DNA of 64,000 nt, taken from positions 1,917,078-1,981,077 of the forward strand of contig OZ245054.1 of the NCBI GenBank assembly GCA_965224715.1, read 5' to 3'. The translations under genes were made by a program, and so were the position numbers. Source of the DNA: Spirochaetota bacterium. Lineage in GTDB: Bacteria > Spirochaetota > UBA12135 > COTS27 > CAXSBA01. How positions within the stretch are numbered: the stretch's first letter is position 1; each line of letters begins with the position of its first letter. Positions 17,831-27,873 of this stretch are shown piece by piece. Below the pieces are notes generated by a model. The model did no database searches and was not told the DNA's origin. It was given only the letters and a program-made list of their open reading frames with translations.

Positions 17831-18835
17831 TTAAATAACTACCGTGAGAAGGCGTTCAAATTGAAGTCTAGCTTTTAGAGGAATTCGGGGTCTGTCGACA
17901 TTCATACTAATAAAACTATCCTGCCTAAGCCCTTTATCAATCCGAAAACATTCTTCCAATATTCGAGAAATTTCGGAATAAGTGAAGAAAACATCTTTAG
18001 CTTGAAGAGATTTTTTATGCTTATCGTATATGACTCTTAACTCCTGAAATATTTTATTTAAAGGCTTCTTTTCGAATTTCATCTCCTTAAATTTTACTAT
18101 TAAAATCAACTCTCGAATCATCACCGTAATCAAGAGAGGAAGCTCCCCTTGATTAAAAAGATATTGACGAAACTTTAGTAATGTTTCAGGAATTTTCTTC
18201 TCAAAAAACTGGTTAACTACACCATATGCCATCTGCTCAATTTGGTCAAGCGAAATAATCCCTTCCAGTGAAATTAGGGTTATCAACTGGCCAGGACTAA
18301 AATAGGCAGCTATCTTCTCCAATTCATTATCCATGGAAGCCGGATTTTCAGAAAAAATTTTAACTAAGCGATTTTGAACTTCACGACCCATTTTAAGTTC
18401 CTGTTCTCGCAAAAAATTTTTAAGATGATTCCTAACCCCATCCCATTTAACAAAGTATTCGTTGATTACTTCCGCATCAGATAAAGCAGAAAACTTTTTC
18501 TTTTCTCCCTCTGTTAAGAAAATGTTACTTACCAGAACTACCCAAGTATTATCAGGAATGAGAGGTATAATCTTACGAAGTTGAGAGAAAGAAAAAAAAT
18601 TTTGATAATGCCAAACAACTACTAATTGACGACTACATCCCAGAGGCAATGAAAAAAGGGTTTCAAGCACTTCTTCTTTCTTGCTACTTTCTCCCCCACT
18701 CTCATAGCTACGGAATTGAGTAACCGCCATTTCTTTTTCTAACTCGGGAATATGATTGCTAATGATGGAAGTAATCCTCTTCTTGGCAGTCAAGTCACTC
18801 TTACCATGAAAAATTGTTATTCGTTTCATGATCAT
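17831..18835 (-). CDS. holA: DNA polymerase III delta subunit (HolA-like)
   Basis: 334 aa and helical. It sits immediately downstream of, and overlaps by 4 nt, an LptE-like lipoprotein gene, as in the conserved lptE-holA arrangement. The call rests on size and synteny more than on motifs. Confidence 0.6.
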   Translation of the reverse strand: MIMKRITIFHGKSDLTAKKRITSIISNHIPELEKEMAVTQFRSYESGGESSKKEEVLETLFSLPLGCSRQLVVVWHYQNFFSFSQLRKIIPLIPDNTWVVLVSNIFLTEGEKKKFSALSDAEVINEYFVKWDGVRNHLKNFLREQELKMGREVQNRLVKIFSENPASMDNELEKIAAYFSPGQLITLISLEGIISLDQIEQMAYGVVNQFFEKKIPETLLKFRQYLFNQGELPLLITVMIRELILIVKFKEMKFEKKPLNKIFQELRVIYDKHKKSLQAKDVFFTYSEISRILEECFRIDKGLRQDSFISMNVDRPRIPLKARLQFERLLTVVI

Positions 18836-19434
18836 TTTATTATCTGATTTTTGGTAGGAAGTTTTCCATTGAGCATAAGTTCATGAACCGTAACAGCAAC
18901 TTTATCGATGGCCAAATTTTCAATATATTCTTCCGTTAAGGAACTGTCACCTATCTCTACATAATCAAGTACTTCCACCACTAAAGGATAGCCTTTATAA
19001 TAATATCGACCTAATTGTTCATTATTCTTTGATTGATTGATATATTTAGAGTCACTGACAAAAAGCTTGGATTGAATTATGATTTCTCGATTTCCAAAAC
19101 CATAGTCGTTGACATCCTTAGCCTGATAATTATGAATATGAATCAAAACATAAAGATCACTGTTATCGACATCTTCTACTATCCCAAATCGAGTTTGGGA
19201 AGAAAAAAAATCTTTAAGTCTAGCTCTAACTTGTTCATCTAAAAGATAGCGATCAGTATAATTTACAGGAGGGGCAATGTAAACAGTTTTTTTTTTAGGA
19301 GAAATGAAATAGATTTGTCTAGCTACGGTTTTGCCCAAACAACCATAAAAACTAACAGTTAAAGTTAAAGATAAAGTTAAAACTATAACCAAATAACCGA
19401 TAAAAAACCTACCTTTTATTTGGCTAGTCCGCAT
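18832..19434 (-). CDS. lptE: LPS-assembly lipoprotein LptE-like
   Basis: 200 aa with lipobox FYGC. Its position directly upstream of holA matches the proteobacterial lptE-holA synteny. Confidence 0.5.
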   Translation of the reverse strand: MRTSQIKGRFFIGYLVIVLTLSLTLTVSFYGCLGKTVARQIYFISPKKKTVYIAPPVNYTDRYLLDEQVRARLKDFFSSQTRFGIVEDVDNSDLYVLIHIHNYQAKDVNDYGFGNREIIIQSKLFVSDSKYINQSKNNEQLGRYYYKGYPLVVEVLDYVEIGDSSLTEEYIENLAIDKVAVTVHELMLNGKLPTKNQIIK

Positions 19435-19460
19435 TATTTTTTAATAACCTATCAATCAGA

Positions 19461-20300
19461 TCATTCATTAATTTCATCCACAGGCAAAGACTCCTGTAAA
19501 TGATGAAATAACTCCTCAGATACGTTAATAATGATTCGAGTGATACTGTTGCCACGTTTAGCTGCAATACGATAATGAACCCCTTGGTATTCAATCTTTT
19601 CACCTTTCTTGGGAATATACCCAAAGAGATTAATCACATAGCCACCTAAGGAGTCTGCATTGGGATCGGTAAGGTTAAGTTGAATTTTCTCATTCACTGC
19701 CTCTAAGTCTTCACGAGCATCCACAGAATATTGGAGATGATCTTGAGCTATGATCGCTTCTTTTTTATCATCGGACTCATCACGGATATCTCCGATAATT
19801 TCTTCCATGATATCCTCCATGGTAATAATTCCCGAAAAACCACCATATTCATCCATAACAATTGCCATTTGCTTATATTCTTTCTGTAAATCATTGAGAA
19901 TATCTAACAATGGGCGAGTTTCCGGAACAAAGATAGGATCTTGAAGATGTTTTTTGATCTGGAAGTTCTTTTCCGATCCCAAAAGTAATTGAAAAATATC
20001 TCGAATATGAAGAACTCCCTTAATATCATCAACATTGCCGCCATAGACCGGAAAACGAGAGTATAAGGAGGTTTTCATTAATTGGATAAGATCTTTCTTA
20101 TTCACATTGAATTGAATCCGAGTAACATCTACCCGGGGAATCATAATATCGCTGGCAATCAAATCTCCAATAGACACAATACTTCGAATCATCAACCTTT
20201 CTTGAGCAGTGAAGCCAGAATAATTTAATGCAGCTTGGATCTTACGCCATTTCTTATCTTTGATTTGGGGAGTAGAGAATAATTTTTTCAAAAATGCCAT
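19461..20300 (-). CDS. corC: CBS-pair plus CorC_HlyC domain protein (CorC/YbeX family)
   Basis: 279 aa. It has a tandem CBS region (IMIPRVDV..., AIVMDEYGGFSGIITMEDIMEEIIGDI) and a C-terminal transporter-associated domain. It lies downstream of ybeY, as in ybeZYX. Confidence 0.85.
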   Translation of the reverse strand: MAFLKKLFSTPQIKDKKWRKIQAALNYSGFTAQERLMIRSIVSIGDLIASDIMIPRVDVTRIQFNVNKKDLIQLMKTSLYSRFPVYGGNVDDIKGVLHIRDIFQLLLGSEKNFQIKKHLQDPIFVPETRPLLDILNDLQKEYKQMAIVMDEYGGFSGIITMEDIMEEIIGDIRDESDDKKEAIIAQDHLQYSVDAREDLEAVNEKIQLNLTDPNADSLGGYVINLFGYIPKKGEKIEYQGVHYRIAAKRGNSITRIIINVSEELFHHLQESLPVDEINE

Positions 20301-20748
20301 AAACTATTTCCTCATGTAAATGATTTTTTTTTAAAATACTTTCCTGCAAACGGTAAACCCTATCGATAGACCGAAAACTATAATCATGCTCCAAACCATA
20401 AAGATGTAATAAACCATGAAGCAAAGTATGATAAAACCAGGACACAGGTTGTCGACAATCCTTAAAGGCATAGAGCAAAACCCGATAAGGACAAATTGCA
20501 ATATCTCCAGATGGTCGAGATGCCTCATTATCTTTAAAAGTAAGAATATCGGTAGGATTTTTTTTTTTAAGATAACGGTAATGAAGGTCTTGAATCCTCT
20601 TTTGGGTAAGAAGAGCAATAGACACATCACCAAAAGGTTTCCGGTATTTTTGAGATAAATAATCTAACAAAAACAAAGTGTCTTTTCTAAGTAGAGAAAG
20701 AGATTTTCGAGTAAATCCATAACCGGTATGATCAATAAATTTTATCAT
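20254..20748 (-). CDS. ybeY: rRNA maturation endoribonuclease YbeY
   Basis: 164 aa. It carries the zinc motif HGLLHLYGLEHD (H-x3-H-x5-H). Confidence 0.9.
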   Translation of the reverse strand: MIKFIDHTGYGFTRKSLSLLRKDTLFLLDYLSQKYRKPFGDVSIALLTQKRIQDLHYRYLKKKNPTDILTFKDNEASRPSGDIAICPYRVLLYAFKDCRQPVSWFYHTLLHGLLHLYGLEHDYSFRSIDRVYRLQESILKKNHLHEEIVYGIFEKIILYSPNQR

Positions 20749-20752
20749 AACC

Positions 20753-22234
20753 TTAAATCTTTTCTAACGCTTGAGCAATATCAGCAATAATATCTTCAAG
20801 ATCCTCAATCCCTATAGAAAGTCGTATTTGATTTTCATCAATTCCAGCTTCCCGTCTTGATTCCGGTCCCATTTCATGGAAAATGGTTTTGGCAACTGGT
20901 ATAGCCAAGGTACGGGTATCTCCGAGATGACTAGATTTAATGATAAGACGTAATGCATTGAAAAAACAAATTAAAGAGTTTTCAGATTTATCTACTCTGT
21001 TATTTTTTCGCTGTGAACCTTCTTTCTTATTTTCATCTAAAATGAAGGAAAGGATAGCCCCTTTACCTCGATACCACTTTTGAGCCCAGGTGAATTGGGG
21101 ATGGGTCTTGAGTCCTGGATAATAGACTGCTTTTACCCGAGGGTGACGAAAAAGGAAATCTGCCACCATCTGAGCATTTCTCATATGTTTTTCCATACGA
21201 AGGGAGAGAGTCTCTAAACCTAAAGAAACAAAATGAGCAGCATAAGGAGAGAGGGTAGGTCCAAGGTCCCTCATTCCTTTTTTACGGATTTGCATCATTT
21301 GACAATCTTGAGGTTGCAACTTTTTATACTTTGACAAAATATTTTCATCCTGATTACCCTTCCAGTTTCCAAGATCGGTAAGAGACCCAGCCAAAACACC
21401 CCCTTGACCAGCCATATATTTTGTGAGAGAATTGACACTAAATGAAAAATCCCATTCCTGAGGACGAAACAAATAAGGTGTGGTTAGAGTATTGTCGATA
21501 AATGAAACAATTTTTCGCCCTTTTCTTTCGTGCTGTTTCAATACTTTGGAGATACCTTTCCAGTCTGGAATTTGAGTACCTGGATTGGCGATAGTTTCCG
21601 CAAAAAAAAACTTGGTTTCCAACTTCAATGCTCTTTTTACTTCCATAGCATTACAGGTATCAACAAAGTCCACTTCAAATCCCATACGGACCAAAGTCAT
21701 AAAAAAACTATGAGTATTGCCGAAAAGATAACGACTGGCCACAATATGATCTCCAGTTTTAAGAAGAGAAATAAAAGCAGCCGTGATTGCTGCTAAACCG
21801 GTGGAAAAAACCAGACTAGAACGTCCTCCCTCCAACAAAGTAATCTGTCTTTCCAAAGCAGTAACAGAAGGAGAGGAATTCCGTGAATAAACATAACCTT
21901 TTTTTCGATTTTGGAAAACCTCAATGAGATCTCTAACATCTTGATAGCCAAAAGTAACTGAAGGTTGAATCCCTTGATGAATAGCTCCTTGCCCTGTCCC
22001 ATTTCGAATATCTGCATGAAGTATACTGGTATTAAACCCTAGACCTCCCTCATCTAAAGCAAGATTTGGATTATCCTTTATTCTATGACTTTTCTTTTTC
22101 AATTGATTCAATTGAATATCTTTCATCAAATCCTGAGTCAATGATACTGATTTCTTAGCTTTTAATATCTTACTTACTTTACTTATTTTTAGGTATGATT
22201 GTTTTTTTTGTGGATTCTTTTTTTTACTCGGCAT
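20753..22234 (-). CDS. Cys/Met-metabolism PLP-dependent enzyme (O-acetylhomoserine sulfhydrylase / cystathionine gamma-synthase family) with a Lys-rich N-terminal extension
   Basis: 493 aa. YSRNSSPSVTALE, the PLP-lysine motif NSLTKYMAGQGGVLAG and IRLSIGIEDLEDII are typical of the family. About 60 N-terminal residues are K-rich and not part of the fold. Confidence 0.8.
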   Translation of the reverse strand: MPSKKKNPQKKQSYLKISKVSKILKAKKSVSLTQDLMKDIQLNQLKKKSHRIKDNPNLALDEGGLGFNTSILHADIRNGTGQGAIHQGIQPSVTFGYQDVRDLIEVFQNRKKGYVYSRNSSPSVTALERQITLLEGGRSSLVFSTGLAAITAAFISLLKTGDHIVASRYLFGNTHSFFMTLVRMGFEVDFVDTCNAMEVKRALKLETKFFFAETIANPGTQIPDWKGISKVLKQHERKGRKIVSFIDNTLTTPYLFRPQEWDFSFSVNSLTKYMAGQGGVLAGSLTDLGNWKGNQDENILSKYKKLQPQDCQMMQIRKKGMRDLGPTLSPYAAHFVSLGLETLSLRMEKHMRNAQMVADFLFRHPRVKAVYYPGLKTHPQFTWAQKWYRGKGAILSFILDENKKEGSQRKNNRVDKSENSLICFFNALRLIIKSSHLGDTRTLAIPVAKTIFHEMGPESRREAGIDENQIRLSIGIEDLEDIIADIAQALEKI

Positions 22235-22243
22235 TCTATTGTC

Positions 22244-23533
22244 TCAATTTTCTAAGTTCTTCAGCTCTTTGCTTAAAAAGTCTTTCCAGGCTTGTCGATC
22301 AAGATGTTTAGCGGTAATAAAGATATCTTTATCTCCCCGTCCAGAGATGTTTATCAATACGCTTACATTTTTTCCTGGTTTAGTTTGAGCCCAACGAATT
22401 GCTTCCGCCAAGGCATGAGAAGACTCTAACGCAGGAAAAATCCCTTCAGTTGTGACCAAGAGACGAAAAGCTTCCATGACTTCTTCATCTTCGGCGGAAG
22501 TAAAAATAACCCTTTTACAGTCATGCAGGTAGGCTAATTCCGGACCGATGCCCCCATAGTCAAGCCCAGCCGAAATAGAATGAGTGGATGCCAACTGTCC
22601 ATCTTTATCTTGAATAAAATATGACTTATAACCTTGAGCCACTCCAATTTGGGGATCAAAAAATCGAGAGGCATGATCACCTGAATGTTGCCCCCTTCCC
22701 CCCGCTTCTACCGCTACCAAGGTTACCGAATCCTCTAAAAAACTATGAAACATACCCAACGAATTGGAACCACCACCTACCCCGGCAATAACTCGATCAG
22801 GAAGACGACCGGTTAATGAAAGAAACTGTTCTTTGGATTCCTTTCCGATAATGGATTGAAAATCTCTAACGATGCGAGGATAGGGATGGGGACCCAGAGC
22901 AGATCCAATAACATAATGACAAGTATCAAGGTTTTCAATCCAATCCTTGAGAGCGGTATTGACCGCATCTTTTAGGGTACGGGTTCCCTCACGTACCGGA
23001 ATCACTTCAGCTCCCAGCATCTTCATGGCATAGACATTGGGATACTGTCTCTCCATATCAACCTCTCCCATAAATATTCGACATCCCAAACGAAGTTTAG
23101 CTGCCGCAGTGGCAGTGGCCAAACCATGTTGGCCCGCACCAGTTTCAGCGATAAGGATTTTCTTTTTGAGCCATACCGCTAGAAGTGCTTGTCCTAAAGC
23201 ATTGTTCAATTTATGAGCTCCAGTATGCAACTGTCCTTCATTTTTAATATATACTTGAATTCCTAATTTCTCACTAAGATTAGCTGCCCAAAAAAGGGGA
23301 GTGGGGCGTCCAGCATCTCTTAAATATCTAGCTAATCGTTTTTGAAAATGATCATCTTTTTGACAAGAGAGATAAATTTCTTCAAGTTGATCAAGAGCAG
23401 GAATGAGGAGTTCAGGAACATAGCGCCCTCCGTAAATTCCAAAATAGTGGGCAAAATAACTTTTTGACGAAGAAACTCTAGTTTGACTTAAAGGCGAAGG
23501 GTCATCCATATTTGGGGGTTGTGACTCTTTCAA
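22244..23533 (-). CDS. trpB: Tryptophan synthase beta chain (TrpB1-like)
   Basis: 429 aa. Motifs are FGIYGGRYVPELL, HTGAHKLNNALGQ, ETGAGQHGLATA, GGGSNSLGMF, SAGLDYGGIGPE, ALESSHA and SGRGDKD. Confidence 0.9.
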   Translation of the reverse strand: MKESQPPNMDDPSPLSQTRVSSSKSYFAHYFGIYGGRYVPELLIPALDQLEEIYLSCQKDDHFQKRLARYLRDAGRPTPLFWAANLSEKLGIQVYIKNEGQLHTGAHKLNNALGQALLAVWLKKKILIAETGAGQHGLATATAAAKLRLGCRIFMGEVDMERQYPNVYAMKMLGAEVIPVREGTRTLKDAVNTALKDWIENLDTCHYVIGSALGPHPYPRIVRDFQSIIGKESKEQFLSLTGRLPDRVIAGVGGGSNSLGMFHSFLEDSVTLVAVEAGGRGQHSGDHASRFFDPQIGVAQGYKSYFIQDKDGQLASTHSISAGLDYGGIGPELAYLHDCKRVIFTSAEDEEVMEAFRLLVTTEGIFPALESSHALAEAIRWAQTKPGKNVSVLINISGRGDKDIFITAKHLDRQAWKDFLSKELKNLEN

Positions 23534-24618
23534 TCATTGAGGGCAACCTTATCATTGATTTCTCTCTCTAAATTTTCATATTCTTCCATGAGATTTTCTA
23601 AAAAGTTATTTTCTGGAATAATATCATCATAATAACTTCGCATATTTTTAAACAACGATTGAGCATTAGTGATTTGATCAAGATCTCGATAAGATTTGGC
23701 AATATTTATATTTACTTGAAGAAGTATCTCTGAATTTCTAAGAGGATGACTTTCAATAATATCACGTTCTTTTAAAAAGGCATCCAGAGCTTTTTGGTGA
23801 TCTCCCTTCTCACGATAAGTTATCCCTATAAAACGTCTGACTTTTATTGAGTTGGGACTGTATTTTAATATTTTCTTGGCTTGATTAATGGCATCCTGAT
23901 AACGACCATCCACCAAATAAACCCTGATTAAAGAAAATTCTGCTTCTAAAACCGTATATTTGCCTTTTTCAATGGCTAAGTTTATTTTGTCAATTCCTAC
24001 CTGTTTGTTTTTTTCTGATGTTCCTAACCAAAAAAATTTTCCCGAGTAATAGGCTTTCCAAAAATCAAAAGTTCCGGTTCCAAAATAATTATCATAAATT
24101 CTTGGATCCAATGAAATAGCCTTATTAAGTTTATAATTACCTCTCACACCATCAAGAAAAGCATAATAAAAACTTCCCGTTTCACTATAATAGATACCTC
24201 GAAAACCATAGGCACCTCCCAAATAAACATATCCCCATGGATTATTACGATCACGTCGAATCATATCCTTAGCTACTTCAATAGTTTCATCAATCTTTTT
24301 AAGAAATCGTTCAGAATAATCAAAACGATAGAAATCACTAATTATCCAACTTAAAATGGCAGAAGTAAATAAATAACCTGCCGGATGATCGGGAACCAAT
24401 TCAATGATTTTATGCATTAATTCCAATCCTCCAGTATAATCCAATTCCTTAACCTTATCAATAGCCTCAAAAAAGTAGGCATCTACTTGACGGTCAGTTT
24501 CAGTGATTGGATCCAGAGTATAACCGTATAACAATGAAAAAGTCCAAAAGACTACCACAGTTATTTTTAAAATATAACTTAAAGAACAAAAATGTAGTAG
24601 AGATACGAATATATGCAT
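23530..24618 (-). CDS. TPR-repeat protein with an N-terminal signal/anchor
   Basis: 362 aa. It has a hydrophobic N-terminus and TPR-like helical repeats (YQDAINQAKKILKYSPN, GDHQKALDAFLK). Confidence 0.55.
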   Translation of the reverse strand: MHIFVSLLHFCSLSYILKITVVVFWTFSLLYGYTLDPITETDRQVDAYFFEAIDKVKELDYTGGLELMHKIIELVPDHPAGYLFTSAILSWIISDFYRFDYSERFLKKIDETIEVAKDMIRRDRNNPWGYVYLGGAYGFRGIYYSETGSFYYAFLDGVRGNYKLNKAISLDPRIYDNYFGTGTFDFWKAYYSGKFFWLGTSEKNKQVGIDKINLAIEKGKYTVLEAEFSLIRVYLVDGRYQDAINQAKKILKYSPNSIKVRRFIGITYREKGDHQKALDAFLKERDIIESHPLRNSEILLQVNINIAKSYRDLDQITNAQSLFKNMRSYYDDIIPENNFLENLMEEYENLEREINDKVALND

Positions 24619-24818
24619 GAAAGTTACCTATACTTGTTAATGTTAATAAATATATTATACTATAATTTATAAAATATGAAAACTATTGGATATATAATAG
24701 TCACTAAGTTTACGAAACTAATTAGTGAACAAAAATATAATTGACTAGCAAGATTAGTTTAACATATTGGTTTAACTCTTCCAATTTTATCGTTTTTATG
24801 ATATTATATATAAGGACA

Positions 24819-25346
24819 ATGAAAATCGGTGTTTTTTATGGCTCTGAGACAGGAAATACCAGGAATCACGCTTTTGATATTGCCAATTGTTTTTCTGATT
24901 ATGGTTGGGAAGTTGGAGATCCTAAAGATGTTGCGATCTTAGATATGGGTTTCTATAAAGATTATGACTTCATGGTTTTTGGCAGTCCTACTTGGAATAT
25001 CGGGGAGTTACAAGCAGATTTAGACGCAATGATTAAAGACTTCAATAAAATTGATTTAACTAAAAAGGTTGTTGCTATTTATGGTTGTGGTGATCAGGAA
25101 GGCTATCCTAACACTTACCAAGATGCCATCGGAATTCTGGCTGATTTCTTTACCGATACTGGAGCTAACTTAATTGGGAAAACCTCTTCAAAAGAACACC
25201 AGTTCAAGTTTTCAAAAGCTTTTCGAAATGGGGAATTTCTTGGCCTGGCTTTAGATAACCACAATCAAGCCGACTTATCATTAAAGAGAATACATGATTG
25301 GGTCAAACAATTAGTCATCGAAATAAAAAAATTTTCAAATTCATAA
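24819..25346 (+). CDS. fldA: Long-chain flavodoxin
   Basis: MKIGVFYGSETGNTRNHA is the FMN phosphate loop. I moved the start to the ATG at 24819, which is preceded by AAGGA. The track's upstream extension encodes non-flavodoxin sequence. Confidence 0.9.
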   Translation: MKIGVFYGSETGNTRNHAFDIANCFSDYGWEVGDPKDVAILDMGFYKDYDFMVFGSPTWNIGELQADLDAMIKDFNKIDLTKKVVAIYGCGDQEGYPNTYQDAIGILADFFTDTGANLIGKTSSKEHQFKFSKAFRNGEFLGLALDNHNQADLSLKRIHDWVKQLVIEIKKFSNS

Positions 25347-25356
25347 GGAAAAAAAT

Positions 25357-25968
25357 ATGTCAGCAAGTAACAAGTATAATATTTTTAAACAGGATGCCTT
25401 TTATCACAATGCTGGGAATAGCCCCTCTATTGTAGAGCTCGGACAGTATGATTTTATCAAACTTAAAGGTAGGGGCGAAACTTTGGGGACAGAATTTAAT
25501 AACAAAGTTAACGGGATATTCTTTTTTTATAAGATGCTTCAACAAGCATGCAAAAAACAAGATATCAATCTTACTTTCCCTAAACTTGAAGTTATCAGTT
25601 GGACTCAAGGAGATACTATCATGCAAAATCAGGTTTCGGAAGAAGATAATTTTTGGATACTCTTAGTTCGTAAATATGATTTTATGAGTGAGGACCTCAT
25701 CGAAGAAACCAAAGACTTCTGTATTCGTAAAAAGAATTTCGATTTGGCCCAAGAGATCTACACTGAAAAAATCCATTTTGGCAAATGTGTTCAAATTATG
25801 CATTATGGAAAAATTGGTTCTGAAATCTATTCCCGGAAAGAAATTAAAAAATTTATTTCCATCAATGGGCTTCAGGAAAGCAGTTTCCCTCAACAGATAC
25901 ATCTCTCTTATCCTCGAAAAGTGATCCCCGAAAATATGAAGTCCATTCTTCGCCAACCAGTGGAATAG
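25357..25968 (+). CDS. Hypothetical protein, possibly a GyrI-like small-molecule-binding fold
   Basis: 203 aa. The C-terminal pattern (IMHYGKIGSEIYS...FISINGL...IHLSYPRKV...ILRQPV) resembles GyrI-like domains. This is a weak call. Confidence 0.4.
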   Translation: MSASNKYNIFKQDAFYHNAGNSPSIVELGQYDFIKLKGRGETLGTEFNNKVNGIFFFYKMLQQACKKQDINLTFPKLEVISWTQGDTIMQNQVSEEDNFWILLVRKYDFMSEDLIEETKDFCIRKKNFDLAQEIYTEKIHFGKCVQIMHYGKIGSEIYSRKEIKKFISINGLQESSFPQQIHLSYPRKVIPENMKSILRQPVE

Positions 25969-26031
25969 AAGTCAAAATTATTTATATTGCCTAATGCCCA
26001 AATGAAATAAATGATAAAAAGATAAAAGGAA

Positions 26032-26520
26032 TTGATTTTTTTAATAATGTCCTCAGCAGTAGTCATTAAAGCTAAAATTTTTATCCTTATTCTTTTTATC
26101 ATTGTTATCCAATCTTGTAAGCCCTCTTCTTCTTCTCAAAGAAATACAGAAGATAGCTTAACTTGGAAAGAAACTCTGGTTATCGGCCAAAAATATTATC
26201 ATCTTCGAGGATGTATTAAATGCCATGGCCGGACTGGGAAAGGAGATGGATACCGAGTTCAAAGTTATCCTCTTGAACTATTACCCCGAGACTTTAAGGC
26301 TGTTGCTAGCTATAAACAAGGAAGTGATTTCAAATCTATTGTCTTCACCATAAGAAACGGCATCACCAACCAGCCCCCTGTAACCCGGCGTGGACTTATG
26401 AGTTTATTTTCAACTAATAAAACTTCTTCAAGTGGAATGCCTTCTTATCCTCACCTTACTGATGAAGAAATCATCTATATTGCAAATTATGTATTATATC
26501 TACAGACCAACCAAAATTAA
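26032..26520 (+). CDS. Monoheme class I c-type cytochrome, exported
   Basis: 162 aa. It has an N-terminal hydrophobic signal, a single CIKCH heme motif followed by GRTGKGDG, and a distal Met (GMPSYP). Confidence 0.7.
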   Translation: MIFLIMSSAVVIKAKIFILILFIIVIQSCKPSSSSQRNTEDSLTWKETLVIGQKYYHLRGCIKCHGRTGKGDGYRVQSYPLELLPRDFKAVASYKQGSDFKSIVFTIRNGITNQPPVTRRGLMSLFSTNKTSSSGMPSYPHLTDEEIIYIANYVLYLQTNQN

Positions 26521-26566
26521 TGCCATTTATTTAACTCCATTTTGTTAAGATTGAAAAGATAGTTCT

Positions 26567-27871
26567 ATGAAAAAATTGATTTCTGGTAAATGTGATGTTT
26601 TGGTGGGAGGCCAATGGGGCGATGAAGGAAAAGCTAAAATTATTGATTACCTAGCAAATGATTACAATATCATTTGCCGTTACCAGGGCGGAAGTAATGC
26701 TGGACACACCGTAATTCGTCAAAATAATAAATACGTTTTCCATCTCCTTCCTTCAGGAATTCTTAATCCCAAATCTATTGCAGTACTCGGGAATGGTATG
26801 GTAATTCATCTACCACAGTTATTAGAAGAAATAAGAAGACTCCAGAAGGAGGGAGTTGTCCTTGACGGTCGATTATTGATTAGCGATCGAGCTTTTGTAG
26901 TAACTGAATATCATCGTGAATTCGATAAGATCAAAGAAAAAAAAGATGTTAAAATTGGCACTACCTCTCAAGGGATAGGTCCTGCCTACACTGATAAATA
27001 TTCTCGCGAAGGTATTCGAATTAGTGACCTTTTTCATCCTGACCTATTGTTAAAAAAAATAACTGCAAGTATAAACATTAAAGCCTTCTTATTCAAACAT
27101 TATTATGGGCATGAATTTCACTTAAACCCAGAAGAGGTCACCAAAAATCTTCTTAGAGATTTTACTATCATCAAACCCTATGTGAATGATACTGTATTTT
27201 TTTTAAACCAGTCTCTTGCTGAAGGAAACAAAATTTTATTAGAAGGAGCTCAGGGAGCAGGTCTCGATATCGATTTTGGAAGCTATCCTTACGTTACTTC
27301 ATCTTCTCCAACTTTGGGAGGAAGTAGTACTGGCTCAGGTATTCCCGCTATCCACTTCCAAGATATTATCGGAATTTTTAAGGCCTATGTTACCCGGGTT
27401 GGAGAAGGAGCCTTGCCTACACAACTTCCTAGTATTCAAGAAGAAAAATTACGTCAAAAGGGCAGGGAATTCGGAGCTACTACTGGACGTTCTCGTGGTT
27501 GTGGGTGGTTTGATGGGGTCCAAGCTAAACTTTCGGTAATGGTAAATGGAATCAATAAGATCGCCCTCACCAAGCTTGATGTCTTGACTGGATTTGAAAC
27601 AGTAAAATTTTGTACCCATTATAGAGTTGGACAAGAGGAGATTGACCGTTTCCCTGCTTCCGAATTTGATTTAGGGCAGGCTGTCCCAGTATATCGGGAA
27701 TTCCCCGGATGGGATAAGGCAGTCACACAAGTCCATAAATATGAAGACCTTCACCCTAATGTCTGCAATTTTATCAATTTTCTAGAAGAATACCTCAACG
27801 TTCCCGTTACCATCATTTCCACAGGACCTGACCGGGAACATACCTTAGAAAAGTCTAAACCTTTTTATTAG
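26567..27871 (+). CDS. purA: Adenylosuccinate synthetase
   Basis: 434 aa. Motifs are GGQWGDEGKAKIID, GGSNAGHTV, TTSQGIGPAY and GATTGRSRGCGWFD. Confidence 0.95.
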   Translation: MKKLISGKCDVLVGGQWGDEGKAKIIDYLANDYNIICRYQGGSNAGHTVIRQNNKYVFHLLPSGILNPKSIAVLGNGMVIHLPQLLEEIRRLQKEGVVLDGRLLISDRAFVVTEYHREFDKIKEKKDVKIGTTSQGIGPAYTDKYSREGIRISDLFHPDLLLKKITASINIKAFLFKHYYGHEFHLNPEEVTKNLLRDFTIIKPYVNDTVFFLNQSLAEGNKILLEGAQGAGLDIDFGSYPYVTSSSPTLGGSSTGSGIPAIHFQDIIGIFKAYVTRVGEGALPTQLPSIQEEKLRQKGREFGATTGRSRGCGWFDGVQAKLSVMVNGINKIALTKLDVLTGFETVKFCTHYRVGQEEIDRFPASEFDLGQAVPVYREFPGWDKAVTQVHKYEDLHPNVCNFINFLEEYLNVPVTIISTGPDREHTLEKSKPFY

Positions 27872-27873
27872 GA

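Noticed and set aside
20331-20658. Alternative-frame ORFs inside ybeY (20331-20633 minus strand, 20416-20658 plus strand)
   Set aside because: They overlap a gene with the unmistakable YbeY zinc motif and have no features of their own.
24741-24818. 26-codon N-terminal extension of the flavodoxin ORF
   Set aside because: Flavodoxins start right at the MKIGxFYGS phosphate loop. The ATG at 24819 has an AAGGA upstream, and the extension starts at a TTG.
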